Positions 12,300 through 26,149 of a stretch of 64,000 nt of DNA are shown here, one piece after another. The position numbers were made by a program, and so were the translations under genes. The notes under the pieces are model-generated. The model searched no databases, had not been told where the DNA came from, and saw nothing but the letters and a program-made list of their open reading frames with translations. Numbering within the stretch: the stretch's first letter is position 1; every line of letters starts with the position of its first letter. The stretch spans positions 44,888,001 to 44,952,000 of the forward strand of contig OZ365110.1 in NCBI GenBank assembly GCA_977030845.1, given 5' to 3'. The stretch is from Fimbriosthenelais zetlandica. Taxonomy: Eukaryota.

Positions 12300-15200
12300 G
12301 AATATCCAAGTTGCTGGGTCCAATCGATGTTTCCCAATTTCATCATAGCCTGACCATGGTAACAAGGGTTAGTCGCAAATTGCAGGATGTATGTCCTGCT
12401 GGAATAAAGTCGCTATAGACGCATCCCTTATTCAATAACGAAGTAGCCCGATCCCCGAAAGTTGGCATTCCACTCACGTGAAAGGCTTATTATGGCGCAA
12501 ATGTTTCCACTGGGGGTGGGCTACCATGGATATAAATCACTTGGCCTGTCCTAGGAAGGAAAGAAGAACGTCTCTATACGGCCTTCTAATATAACTAATT
12601 CCCTTTTGCAATTCCCCAGAGCCCATTGTACATATATAAGTAGGTAACAGTGAAAGAAGGAAATCATGAATTTATTCAACAGATCGAGGTGGCAAGGATT
12701 AAGCAATTTTTCCAGTTAACTACATCCCCAACTGTCGAAACGGATCACTCAAAGTCTCTTGCATGCCATTTTAAAGTTTAATACTTTGGCTCGATGTTTG
12801 CAATCTGATGAAATGCTCGCTTGTTTGTAGGGGTCTCAATTAATTTTTTCCTTCATTGTGGGGCAATATGAATCTCGTTTGCAATGCCATCAATATAATT
12901 GAAGCCGTTAAAGGGCTTGCCCATGAGGTTATGGTCTTTATTCGCTACTAAATCCCTGGTCAGGCTGTCGATGCAAACTCTAGTCATCTTGAGCGAAATT
13001 TAGTAAAAAGGAAATGATTCTATGAAGGAAGTCATCGAAAAGAAGCACGTTAAGGCACAAGTTGATGTTGATGAAGATAAATCGAATAAAATTAGTCCGT
13101 CGAGGATTCTCCATGCATGAGGGAAGGAGTTAAAATGTTCTTATTGAATTTGGTTGCGGGTCGAAATATTTAATGACTTTAGTCTCATTTTTTATAATGT
13201 TCATTAATATTTATGACCTCTCAAGATGTTTAAGTGCCAGTGAGCATCTTTAGAAGGAAGAGATGTCCATAATAGAAGAGGAAGGAATGGAATTGGCTGG
13301 CATAAAAAACAAGGGGAACTTAGACAAATGAGAACCTAGAGCCCATAAAAATTCGTCTGAATATTTTATCTCGTTAAATGAATATCAATAAATTTATGTA
13401 GTCCTGTTGAACTAGGATGTTATTTCGTGGAATAGACCATATAATTGTAACTTCTTAAGTGCCTATCTCGAGGGAAAAGTTTTAATGGGTTAAATGTTTA
13501 GAATAGGAAGGATAATGGAATCCATTTACATCATTTCTATTCGAAATTTCATGGCATAAGTTGTCATCTCTCTAATCAGAACCTTCCTTCTGAGGCATAA
13601 ATCAAAGTTTTCGCCTATCAGAAGAGCAAATTAAATGCATCAAACACGTAAATTACTAAGGCAGGTGTTCAAAAAGATTCATGGGGAATGTAACGCTAAT
13701 ATTGGGCAGAAGTGTAGTGAGACACCCAGATTCTCTTTCAAAAAGTTATAGATATCATTGCACACAAAACAGAGGAACGAATTATAGGTTAGGCGGAGGA
13801 AGACCATCTTATCTCGAGTGATAAAGAGATCTTGTCCCCAAAATAGTGATGAATTCAATCTATATGTCCACATATATTCAGACATATATATACCCCTTAT
13901 GACTTGTCCCTTATGATTTATCACAAGTAGCCCTACATACATGTATAGGCCTGCTCTATATTGATTTATATATTAGATGTCTCCACAGCTCAGTTGAATC
14001 GCAGTAAAAGGCAATGTATGATGTATAATATATAACAACACGTCTAATAATGTCATAATATCATGGCTGGTCTAATATTCTTTTGTTACGGATGGAACGA
14101 GATCAAGAAAGGTTCACTGGCCAATCGCAATCTCCTAGAGTTCTTGGACTGGGTTGTCCGACTCCACGATTGGCTGTGAGCCATCACGTGGTTAATCCCA
14201 TAGATCTGAACCAGCCAGGCGTGGAGAGAGGGCTGTAATGGAAAGTGATATATGAATGGAATGAGAACACTTGTCAACTGGTAATACTGGCGTTACTCTG
14301 GTCTGTTTCTCCAGCCATCTTTACGTTTTGATAATGATGTCCTTCACCATGTTTGAACCAGAGCTTATATTCCTTGCAGATGACTGGCTTTTTATATAAC
14401 TATGTAATATGGGGATAGACATTGTGCTAAGCTGACAACATATTTATAGGTGCCCTACTCCCTTTTACCAATAAACATCAATTACTTTATTCCATCGAGG
14501 CAAGCACGCAATACCATGCCTATGTATGGGGTAGAGGTTTACATCTATTTAGGCCAGCTTCGTTGGACGGCCTCTGATAGGTCTATTGTCTAAGGTAAGG
14601 GGAATTTGAGGATAAATCTATATGGAACCATGAAGGAAAGGGGAGAGGGCTTTCACGGCTCGGTGCCTGAAATCGCCAAGACTTATCAAGACCAATGAAT
14701 AGCTTTAAGATCAATTACCTTGTCAAGTATTGCACATAGAAGGCCACAAACGACCAGTAGGATCATTGAATTATGATAGATAGGGGCATTGGATACCTTG
14801 CCTCTTGGAAATGATTGATCTAAATTGCATCATTGAAGCTAACTCGAACGAACAGAGCAGAGGGTTTCGGTTGGCCTCTTGGTCTATCACTTGGACATGC
14901 TGGTCAGAATGGCTCGCCAATCTTCGCCGATAATTTGATAAGAGTGTGAAAGGTCTGTCACAGCGGTCAGGCGGTCAGCCATGGCCACATATGGACCATT
15001 GCAAAGCCATGCTGGTTTTTCCTGCCTCGCTGACAACTCGCAATAAAGCCCCTCCAATTGCTGGGGAAAATCCCTTTTCAAGTCCTGCATAAACCTGGCT
15101 GGGAAAATCTGGCAATGGTGAATTGGTCGGGCATCCATCTCTTGTAGTGGGCCCGACGGGCAGGATGGCAATATACAATGTGAAAAGCTAGCCGTGTACT

Positions 15201-18200
15201 TAGAGACAGCTTTAATGGAGTCTTTCGATCGGGTTTGATGGGCCTGAGACAGATGGGACTCTTGGCAATTGATCCATTATGTGTGAGGGAGGGCAGTTAC
15301 CTAGCGTAGACAGTCCCACACGTCGACACAAGGGGCCTACGAAGCATCTGATGGTTTTTATCTCTACCGGAGCATGAATTCAGGCATTTCAGTCTGAAAT
15401 ATATACCTGCTACTGCCAAAATCATACACCGTATGTATACAATATGTTCATCATAACATAGAATCATACCAGTACTAAATTTTATACTTCTATGTCAAAT
15501 AGGGAAAATAGCGAGTGACTGGTTCATCACCAACATTAAAATAAGAAATTGTTGCTTTTGCATCTTTGAATGGATGTATGGTATACATGGATCATGGATT
15601 TCCCATGGGAACAACATCGATCATTTCTGATATTACTTTTCAGACCGAAATGCAGCAGAGACTTCTCTGTCCATGTTTCCAACCATATCATGCCAGGTCA
15701 ACAAACAGCAAGCCATGTGCAAATCACTTGTCCCTTAAAAGGTGCTCGTCGATTAGTGGACAAGCTGGCGTAGATCACTCCATAAAATGGTCGGTGTGAT
15801 TGGAGGCAGTTTGTCCTCTCTCTAGTTGACTGGAGAAAGCCACTGGCTGTCCGAGTGTAGAGTGTCTGCCTGCTTGTAGCACTCTCTGGCCAGGCACATG
15901 AGGAGGGGCTGGAGGAGGAGGAGGGGCAGTAGGAGAGATTGGTGGTCCAGCTGTCACAAACCTGATCGATGGGGTAGTGGGTCCATGTCTTGCCAACATG
16001 CCCTTTCCCCTTCCACTAGCACATACCTCCTATATATCCACACCCCTTCAGTATTGCTGAAGTCAAATTAGAACATTGCCAAAATGCGCAAGTATTGTAT
16101 TTTGGCTGCATTCATTATGTAGGGGCAAGGAAAAACATGACCCCGTTATTGGAATATGAAAGGGTATGAAATAACAAGATCCATTTGGTGCTCTAAAGCT
16201 CATAATAAATGAGTCCCTGATTTGAACATAAAATATTAGGAAATAAAATCTATTACTTAGGATCACTTTCAGGAACTATCTTAAGAATCTCACATGCAGG
16301 TAATCGGATAAGGAGGCCTATAACCCGAGGATCATCAGCAAATAATTTGTGATTTGGAGGTGGTTAAGACAAGATCCTCTTGAAAAAAAATGGAAGAGTA
16401 TGGGAGCACCCTTTGCCCAGATGCAATTAGATCATGCAGCACATTGCGGGTGGTCGGGGTGTGAGGGAGGTTATCACTATTTTCCTCTGAGGCCTCAACA
16501 GCAGACAGCTCCCGGCAGGGTGTAATCCGATGAACACCAATATTAACGAGCCTGAACTGGGCAGATCCAAGGGTAAAAAAAACTCGAGGTCTCAGGTTTT
16601 CAAGGGGAAGTTTTGCCACTCCATATCCAGAAGCTTTATGAAGCGCCCAAACCTATCCTTCATGACACCCTGTTCCCAACACCAAGATAAATATTAATTA
16701 TGGCGATCAAATTGGGAGATGCACCGGGGTGGCCGAATATTCATGTCCAGTGATTACCTTAACAAAGGAAAAAAGCCTCAGCTAATCACTTTAGGCAAAT
16801 CATGCCCGACTAAAAAGTGGATGGAGTGAAGAACAGATAGATATTGGAATGCAGCCGTTGGGAAAAAGCAACTGATGCATTTCAAGATAAAGCAAATTTG
16901 ATCTGGGAGCCCATTTTAAGCAGACTCTTGCACTTCACTCCATTCATCTCACTGTGTTCATTCAATTCCAGTTCCCTTGTATCCTCCCCATCCTTCTACA
17001 TCTGCTCCCCTGCTCCTGTTGATCCTGCCCCTCCTTTGCATTCCTCCACATCTGCATTCGTCCTCCCTTATTTTCTCTTCCACCTACTCCATCCATCTCG
17101 CCCACCACCTTAAATTCCATCTCTTCCCGTCTTTGCCATATCCACCATGCATACACGCCCCTCTTGCTCGTTCTCATAGACCCAATGCTCTTACTCGTTT
17201 CCAATCATCACCAATTTCTCTTCCTGCCCGTCTTCTCCTTCTTGATCTCCTTTCTGTATCCCATCTGCCACTTCCCTTTCAGCTTGTACCCCACTTTGGT
17301 CTTCACCCCCCTTTTCCTACTTGAGCCTGTTTTAAATAACTTGCCTTCAAGTCAGAATACCCAAGGCAGGGCCAACAGTGATAACGAATGACCACGCCAG
17401 CTCCATAACTTTTTTCAAGTCCTCGGGGGAGATGGTATCAGAGAATCGGAGCCAAGGAGAACGTTTTGGGTCCTGGCCGAACAATCGTGTCTAACTACGC
17501 CTATTCACGCGACCCGGTCATGTGGCTATTGCAACCGGAAGTCCATGACCGGAAGGAAAATACACAGTCGTCCTGTCACGAGGTATCTTTGCCCCTGGAG
17601 GAAGGGCATATTATTATAGGACTTCCTATCCAAGTTGATGGCCATGCTATCCAGGGCACTGTATTGAGAAAAAGACCAAAGATAGACAAGAACAACAATT
17701 TACTTGTTTGTGAGTTTCGATCAGTCTTTATACACTCAGGGGCCTGATGGTAGCTTACGTTAGGGTAATGATGGTATATATAGTTCCCATTCGGTTTATT
17801 TCTCCCGATTTTCAAATAGTAAAGGTGTGCCAGGACTAGCTATAGGCGCGGGAGCAATCCATCACTAATGAACCGGTAATTAAGTCCCCAGAACAGGGTC
17901 TTTTTACCAGTGCAACCTTTAGCGGCTTATCTCCAGACGACATGAGTCGCTGCTGTCCCCAGGACCACTTCAGTGACTCCCTCCCCCCATCTGGCTGGAG
18001 GAGAAACAACACTATCATCCTCTCGAAGCTCCGACCGGGGATTTTCCACTTTAACGGGCTTCAATGCTGGGGGAAGCGTTTGCTGAGGATATGTTCAGAA
18101 ATGTACCACCATCCATCTTCATATTTGTCAGCTTGTGCCACCATATTTTCGGCCTTGGAATTCCAGCTCGACCAGAGATTCCATTTCCTTGATGGTATTA

Positions 18201-18300
18201 CTGAAGGTCTGATAAAGAGGGCCTTTTTCATCAGTATATTTCAAAGGTATGGCCCTCTTTGGGATGTAATATTCTAACAGGCCCCAAACAGCTTGTATTC
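12300..18300 (-). mobile_element. Near full-length but heavily decayed L1/Tx1-like LINE (about 6 kb)
   Basis: Collinear minus-strand motifs: ORF1-like region with an acidic low-complexity tail (17330-16960); endonuclease WAKGAPILF (16422-16393), VCDSW and ILWSDL (about 15780); linker SYQIIGEDWRAIL (about 14945-14905, cf. YExGEKxxKxL); QAPSRE (cf. KAPGPDG, about 14665); LGVSLHFCPILAL (about 13730-13695, cf. RGxRQGCPLSP); then a decayed C-terminal region. Confidence 0.55.
16960..17330. repeat. Pyrimidine-rich (plus) / purine-rich (minus) low-complexity tract
   Basis: About 370 bp dominated by C/T on the plus strand. The minus strand reads E/G/D/Q-rich (GKGGEDQSGVQAEREVADGIQKGDQEGEDGQEEK). Confidence 0.8.
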
Positions 18301-18469
18301 AATCCTCTTTGATATTAGGCATGCATCACATCACAAACCTTGATATGTTTATAAGTTATATTATAGTAAGACAAAATATCAAAATGGCCTGGTACAACAT
18401 GGACACGAACACAAACACAACTTCTAACGCCAATTCATGGCGCCAAACAGTAAAATCACATTAGCCAAC

Positions 18470-18750
18470 TTAAGACGCCAGGCAGGCCAGTGGAAGACTT
18501 CTTGAAGCTATTTTTATTCGGAAAGGGGATAAAAAGAACCCCCTTGGTGCCAAAAAGCAAAGAAATTTGCAGAAAGGCATTGAATTCTGTCGGGATCTTG
18601 GTGGTATTTGCATTGGCGAGCAAATAAAGCCCTGAGGTAAAACACACAGTCGTCACCGGGAGAGCACAAAAACCTCAAGGTCTCTTCAGACATGGATTGA
18701 TCATAGGTTTTGCCTCGTTTCATTGCCAAACGATTGAAAATCTAACAAGT
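18470..18750 (+). mobile_element. Short decayed LINE RT fragment (CR1/L2/RTE-like)
   Basis: GQWKTS from 18485, followed in another frame by IRKGDKKNP (18516-18542), cf. PxxWKxAxIxPIxKKGDKxxPxNYRP. Confidence 0.5.
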
Positions 18751-21699
18751 TGTCACGACAGAAGCTGAACACTGTGGCCTCCTGTGCCATGGCCCTAATT
18801 CCCAGAGCAGCGTGGGAGATCTACATATGCTGGGCGCACCTGACAGGAGATATGAAGAGTTGGAGATGTGTGGGATTGGGTTTTGGCGATGCTATGATAC
18901 CCAGCACAAAAAAAGGAATCAATAGGAGGAATCCTTTAACCATCGCGTGCACGTGTTGAAGGCGCAATACGTGTGAGGATGAACCGTGTCTGCAAGAGTC
19001 TATAACAAGAACCGATAAATCTACACATTGCTACAGCTCCCGTGATGCACACAATGGAAATGGTGTCACTGTCTTCCCAATAATGTTAAACAACGGGTCA
19101 TGTATAATGGAAAACGGCCCAGGCAATTATTACTTATTTGCAATCGGTAATCACAGTAAATCCAGAGTCCCTTCGATCTGACAAGCCTCTGTGTACATCA
19201 TGTGGCAATATGCAATAACCATCTAGTATTGCGACCCTAGGACAGCAATTACCTATAGGATATCTCTCTTCCACCCACCATATAAACTGACAATCCTATA
19301 TGATGGGTTGTTTGGGGAAGAGATTTATTTGTATCCCACAATGTACGAAGCTCTATTAAGCCATCTTTGGGGTAGGATGCACTTATTGACAAATATTATG
19401 GTATGAAAGACTCGGTTTTTAATTATGATATGATCAGTACAATGGAACTCGTCTATTGTCCCAGGAGCTTAATTCCATTTTTGAAGACAAAGTTATATAT
19501 ACACAGGCATATTTGTTGAGTTATTTCAAAAGAACTTTCTTCAATTCAGAAAGTATGTACACTGATAAAACAAAGCTAGGATACCAGACTTATGGCAGTT
19601 CACAGATCCTATAACAGTACGACGAATGACCTTAAAATTGGTAGTATTTGTGAATATATGTTATCACCGATTCACATCGACAGTAAATAGATGGGACAAC
19701 CCTCGCGAGTTCATCTGTGGTGGAAGATGTTGGTCTTTTTCCACCGCCCTTCGCTACTGATGGGGTTGTGGAAGGTTATATAAAACTGGGAATTGCATGT
19801 AATAACTGTTGAGTAAAGCTTCCATATGTTTGAATCCCCTCACTGAGATACTTGGATATAGAGAGTATATATGTAGGTAGAAGCTGAAGGGCAGAATCCA
19901 GGGCTTAGTGTCAGTGCTTATGGGTTGCCACTGCAAACACAGAGTTATGGGCGAGCAGTGAGTTATTCTATTTGGATGGTGGCTGTTTTAAGTGCCTTTC
20001 ACTGAAGAATGGATGTGCAGCGATCTGAATGCAGGAAAAATCAATGCTTATTTCACAGCCCATAATAACCTAATCTTGATCGATATCCGTCAGCGCAGAC
20101 AAAAGTCCAACACGTCTAGAGATAATAAAGAGTGTATCTACTGTTTGCTGAGCCGAAAGTGGGAGTCAAATAAAATAATGCGCTGCCAAGGTAGTCATTA
20201 ATATTCTGGGGAAAACCAGAGGAATTTCATTAAATATGTTTTGTCTTGGAGTGTTTCAACAAACTCTGTCTCTGATTAGTTCCCGAATCACTCTGGCGGA
20301 AATGATTTCTAAAGCAAACACCCTCTTACATTAATGCAACAAAATAAGGCAATAATGAAAAAAATCAACAAGTCTGAGCAGAGTTATTGCCCATGATATT
20401 GCATTTATAGGGGAATACTGTCTGCAAGAATTTACATCCATGAGACGACCTACAAAGTACAGTTGAAAAATTGACAGGATCTGGCACCAAAAATGGGAAA
20501 AAGCAACACTAAGAACCGGATAAAAGTAGGCAAATGTCACGGCTGAACACCCCCAGCAATTGCTGCGCATGCTCGTCTGGGCAGGAAGTTAAGAAGTGGG
20601 CATCTTGGCAGGAGAGCGAGGGACCTTCCATGGCCAAGAACTTGTGCTTTCAAACGACTAACATTTAATATCCTGTGCTGCTGAGCCCGTTTTAAACAGG
20701 CTCATCACGTCCATTCACCTCAGAAAGTGACTCATAGCCAGAGGAAAAGTGGTTATCGGATTTGAGAGAGCCATGCAATTGGAGGCGATATGTGTGCGCT
20801 GTGCGGCCGGGGGAGCTATAGCGAGCTAGGTGACCTGTCGGCAAGACTTCATCCATGTCTCCTTCCACGTCCGCGTTCAGCCTTCCTCCCTAGGCTGGTA
20901 AAGCGGTCATTCATTTAATCGAAGCTCACCATTGAATACTGATCTCAGGATGATCGCCTCCTAGAAATGCATCCGCTCAGTTCCAGGTCATCACCCAGCA
21001 TGCTAATTTACTTCCGGCCATGGCTGGTGCGCGGCCCACGTGACCCTGTGAGAGCGAGAACGAGGCGCTGGTTGGAACTGTGATTTACTTCAAGAGCGGC
21101 GAGAAAAATGCTGAATAACTATCCATTATCTCAATTCGCTGGGGTCAAATGGGCCCTGACATTATGGTAAACCATAATAAAGGCATATAATTCAGCCTTG
21201 CTTAGATGCTGATATTAATAATTCAAAGATGGCGATGATAAGCAGAAAGGCTCGCTAAAAAGTCCGTTGATGGGACATAAATTGTGAGTGGTATGTTTAT
21301 AGGTGAGCTTCTTCCATTGACAACCACAGAGCGGACATAATTTGAACAGATCAGTGAGTGGATATTAAGAAAAGCTATGGCAATATCAGGTTAGGGGGCG
21401 TTATGACACACATCCATATTAAACTGAGCTACAAGAGGATCAGCACAGATTCACATTGAGTATCGTAATATTTTCCCATCAAAATACTGGAAAGATCTCG
21501 TAGATTCATGTAATCAAGTAAACAAAAAGTTGAGCAGCCTGAAAAAATGAACTGAATTAATAAGCTCTCAGAATATGTTCTGAGAAAAACTACATGAGGT
21601 GGAGATGCCTATAGTACACAGATGCATATACATGTATAAGCAGCAGTGCAGGAATATGTGAAGCAATTTTTGCAGCTAAAATATATTGAGATTTGTTCC

Positions 21700-22650
21700 A
21701 TTCTCTTTCAATAGGCAAGAAATATCACAGCCTATCTGCAGGGTCCCAGAGGACTATATTCAAGGCACAAAGGAGGAAGCAAAGCAATTATTGGCTTCTC
21801 TCGAACGAAGGTCTAGTCCTGGGAGTAAAATAACATTTTCCATAACGCCGAGTCAATTAACCCAGGCACCAAGTATTAAACCCGTGAAACGCTTCCTGTT
21901 TACTCGATATTGGCACTGACTGCATGGAACACCACCAATAAAGCTATGTAGGGAGGCGAGTGGCTCCGGCAGCGCTCATGTTTGCTGTCTCCATACCAGA
22001 CCCCCAGTTCTCTCCAGCTAATTCATAACTTGACACTTCATATATCATGAGATAACGCAAGCGCGACGTTTAATTCAGAGCCCATCGGTCTTGGGTTGTG
22101 AGAGGCATGGGGCAGAAGTATTGCTCTAAAGCGATTCTTCCAGCAATTATGCATTCGTGTCTCTCCGCCTCAACTCCGCCGTGACTTATGCCCGAGTTAC
22201 AAGTTCCAGAAATGTTTGAAGATATTGGTTTTTGGAAAACGGGGTAGTTATTGGCTAAAACGAGCTGGGGATAGGTTTACTTTGGGTGTGTTTGAAAGTG
22301 ACAAGCGTGGCAGGATGGAAATTACATATCTAGGAAATTTGGGTGGCGAAGTGGAATCAGCTGGGGAGAGTTCTTGATCGATATTCAGGAGCTCTGGATG
22401 GGATGAACATATAAATCTTTCCGGAAATAGGTTATACGTGCCAAGTGTCATTAATGGTATATATGATTTCGAATATAATTGCAGCATTAAAGTACTTTCA
22501 CCCCCATGGATTTGTCCAAATAAATTTGACCTCTTTCTCAGAATGGGCAAATCCTTGATTATGAAGGACTTAATATTGCAATTGGCGGCCAATACAAGCT
22601 AATTCTTGAATTCAAAATATTAGATGTTTACAAATGAGCAGCACATTCAG
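21700..22650 (-). mobile_element. Decayed L1-like LINE fragment (linker and RT start)
   Basis: LQLYSK and LPRLSL in the 22592-22248 ORF (cf. FYxxLYS, LPxLS), QPKTDGL at 22098-22077 (cf. SPGxDGL) and EYSPL near 21745 (cf. NYRPI). Confidence 0.4.
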
Positions 22651-23599
22651 GCGACATAGCATGTGAAGACATTTTCTCCTCAAAGCAAATCTTAATCCAG
22701 ATGTGAAGGTAATCCCCAACATTAATTTAACCCGGAACTTAACAGAGAAGGTATCCACTGTGATGACAGCAATGTGACATTCATTAACTTGCCAGGACTA
22801 GAAAGCTTGATTAAGCCATAATTCTTTCCTGTCCGTTGTAAAACGACATTGTCGCCTTCTGTTATATAAGGGAGATATCCTGATTAACCGTACACCATGG
22901 GAGTTAATGACAAGACAAATATCAGCTAGTGACACGGAACCAACAGGCTGTCTCTGACAAAGTTTGTGTGGTTTGCATGTCACACATCAAGAGAAGTTAG
23001 GTTTGTAGGAGAGAAGGCAGAGATCTAAAGTGCAGCCTGGTGTAGAATCAGTGCACTGGTAGCGCCAGCCTTAGTGCTGTCACTGTCACTGTGTTGACAC
23101 AGCAACATTACCCGGCTTGATTGCTGAGAAAATCGCGTGACACTGAGACATGACCATTGATACACCAGCTTTTCCTGCACATGGCGGGTTATGCCATTTC
23201 TTATGTGCTTGCCACGACTTTTTGTCATGGACTTTCCTGGCAAGATAATGGCGAGCTATGATGTTGACACGGGAACAACAAGAATGAGTTACAGACCTTT
23301 TAATACTGTTTGCTCACTGTGCAAGATCGAGTGCAGAGATAATCCGATTGTTGTCAAGTCTATTAACAGTTAACCCGATAGTGAAAGAAGGACAATGTCT
23401 CTAACTTTTTGTACTCAGTCTTATAATGCTTTATGCATCCGTAACCGGTCGACATGTAGCACACAACATGAATTAATCAGCCAAATTCATTAGAAAAGAG
23501 TATATTTGGTATAAGATATTGTTGACACCTTGGAAGTATCTCCAATTCGCACAACAGTTATAAATCCTCATAGTAAATTAACTTATGGTCAAAGGTAAA

Positions 23600-24850
23600 A
23601 CAGTGGAATGATCTTTTTCCACAGAAGGAAATTACATATGTGATGCGCTTTATGGATTGAACGAGGTGGTAGGAGTGGAGGTAGGTGTGTATTCATTAGC
23701 ACTTGGCCTTCACAAATATATCATTCCTGCTCATTTCTCACCACTGCTGCATCATTCCATTATTTCATAGGCTTAGTATGATAAAAACATACATATCACG
23801 ACTATTATCTCATCTCAACGTACGAAGTATCGAGGGAACCAACTCCAACAGTAAGAAGCAGATGGAACTTACATGGAAACAATGCATTACTTACATATGT
23901 ACATATATGGAAAGAAGCCACACAGGTTAAAACATAGCAATTGTATCTGCCATTCCTTCTGGGGTATTGCCTAAAACATTGCATGCTTATACTATACATT
24001 CAGTAAGGGAGCATTAAGTCAATACAATCGGGTTAACGAACGGGTATTGCGGAAGCCACTCAAGAAGCCAGCGAGACTGTAGAAACCCTGAGAGTGCAGT
24101 GAGGGTGGCTAACAGATGTTCATGCGTATGGAGTAGGCTGTTCGAGGTGAATGCTCTCACATTCACAGATTCAGGAGGCCTCAATTCTTTCCCTATAGCT
24201 TTTTTTACTGAAGGCAATGTGGCATTTCCCCACAAAAATGAGCCAAGGATCATTTAGAATATTACTGCAGAAATGGAATATCTATAGCTGCACCTATTTT
24301 CCTTCTTTCATCATGCAGGTGAGTGGTCTCTGGAAAGTACTATGATGTTCAGTCATTCTGAAAAGCTTTTAAAAATAATAATAGTCTTAGAGTCCACCAT
24401 CCATTACACACTACATCCATTAAGGCCCATGCAGAAAACACCCAAAAGCATATTTTTCTTACCAAATTGAATTATTGATTGATACGGATTTTAAGTGTTT
24501 TTTTCTTCTTTTATTCTCATTTTTCTCGAATCTTAACACCACAAAAGCAATCAGTAATGCCATGGATGGAGACCTGCCCCAGGAATCCTCCAGTAACCTC
24601 AAAAAGCACAGAATGATTTGTCATGTAGCTCGTTCTCTTTGTGCAAGAAATGTGACAGAATTAAAGTGATCCATAATCCCCGAGATGGGTTCTCCCAAAG
24701 GCTGCATGTCCCCAGGCATTTTAAAATCGATGCGACCAGGTCAGAAATTTCCACACTGCCAAACTATCTGAAACAGCAATCATCCTATGATTCGATGGAT
24801 CTCCAAAATGCATATTTCATCCTTACCACTGCCTAGGATTCTTAGGAGGT
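23600..24850 (-). mobile_element. Decayed CR1-like LINE RT relic
   Basis: KMPGDMQPLGEPIS (cf. KKGxxxDxxNYRPIS), RLLEDSWG at 24605-24575 (cf. LxxLxDDW), and ILGSFLW...LQSRWLLEWLPQYPFVNP in ORF 24253-24014 (cf. ILGPLLF...LQxDLxxVxxWxxxNxLxxNP). Confidence 0.55.
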
Positions 24851-26149
24851 ATTCGTATATGTAATAGTATTTGTCCGCTATAAAAATCCCAATCGGGATA
24901 ACAGGTATGGAATTGGGAGCTGCTTTAGTCCTCTATATGGGCATGGGCTTATACCACCGTCTTAGGTAGTAATTTGAGGTGATGGGGTCTGCCCATGGTC
25001 GCCTGGGCAGACCTTTTAGGTCCCATCTTGCAATATCAGAACCTTGACACGGACGCCATACATTGTGTTGATCCTGGGGCCCGGGGAAGCGTACACTAGA
25101 CGGGAGCCGGAACACGGGCCCTGTCAGCCGCCCCCGTGAGGCATGACTTCCGCCTGACCTGAGGTCACAAAGCGTCTTCAAGAAACTATGAAATGAAGCA
25201 GATCACAGAGTTATAGGGAAGCAGTGCGAAGGGCAGAAGAAGACTGTGGAACCCCGAGTCTAGAGACAGAGAGCTAGGGAAGAGAAAAAGCCGTTCAATC
25301 TGAAAATGTGACAAGGTGAATCTGGTAAGGGCTAAGCCATTACCAGAAGACGGCTCTGGGATATAGCCTCGCTATACGAACTATAATCTCGGGCTGGGTT
25401 TAAATTTGATTATTTTCCTCTCGATATTGATATTTTTCTTGCTCTAGCAGAAGGTAAGCCATGTAATGTATGTAGATGTAATATGGATGCATGGGTATAT
25501 TGTTATGATATGAGCCAGTAAGGCTGGTAATAAATGGAGTGCCACTTATGAATGTTTAGACCCCTGAGGGGTTGGAGCCTAATCCTATCGATATAAATCT
25601 CCCCATTCAAATTGCTATCAAAGGATTAGCATTTGGAGTAGAGGACATGCAGGTTTAATTGTGTCAACGTTATCGATAAAGCGAAAATGTGGTCTGGCCA
25701 GGGCTTCGGTGCAGAATACAAAGCAAATCTTAGCTCGTAACAGAGTGAGCTTTAGCCTTTAATGGAGGCATTACAGCATTGAAGCCACCGAGATCCTCTA
25801 CGATCTCATTATTGATTAGAACTGCTATTGGAGTTATATAACACCTTTAATTGTGTCATTGGGTCTCCAAAGTACTGCCTGCTACAGAGGAAGTGATATC
25901 CACTGAATAGGTCCTCGACACATCAGGGGAACGATTGTGAAATTGTGAGGCGGAATCTTTTACGGCGTGTTCCTTTCCGCTTGATATTGATATTTGAGCT
26001 CCGCTGAAGTGCAGGTTATTTTGGATCTCTGTGTTTCCCCTGTTGTGAAGGGAGCGCCGGGAGAAGGTCCAAATAAGTTAATGGAACGTCTGAGTTAAAT
26101 ACTGGCTACAGACGAATTGATCTTTAAACCAGAGGGAGGGATTCCATCC

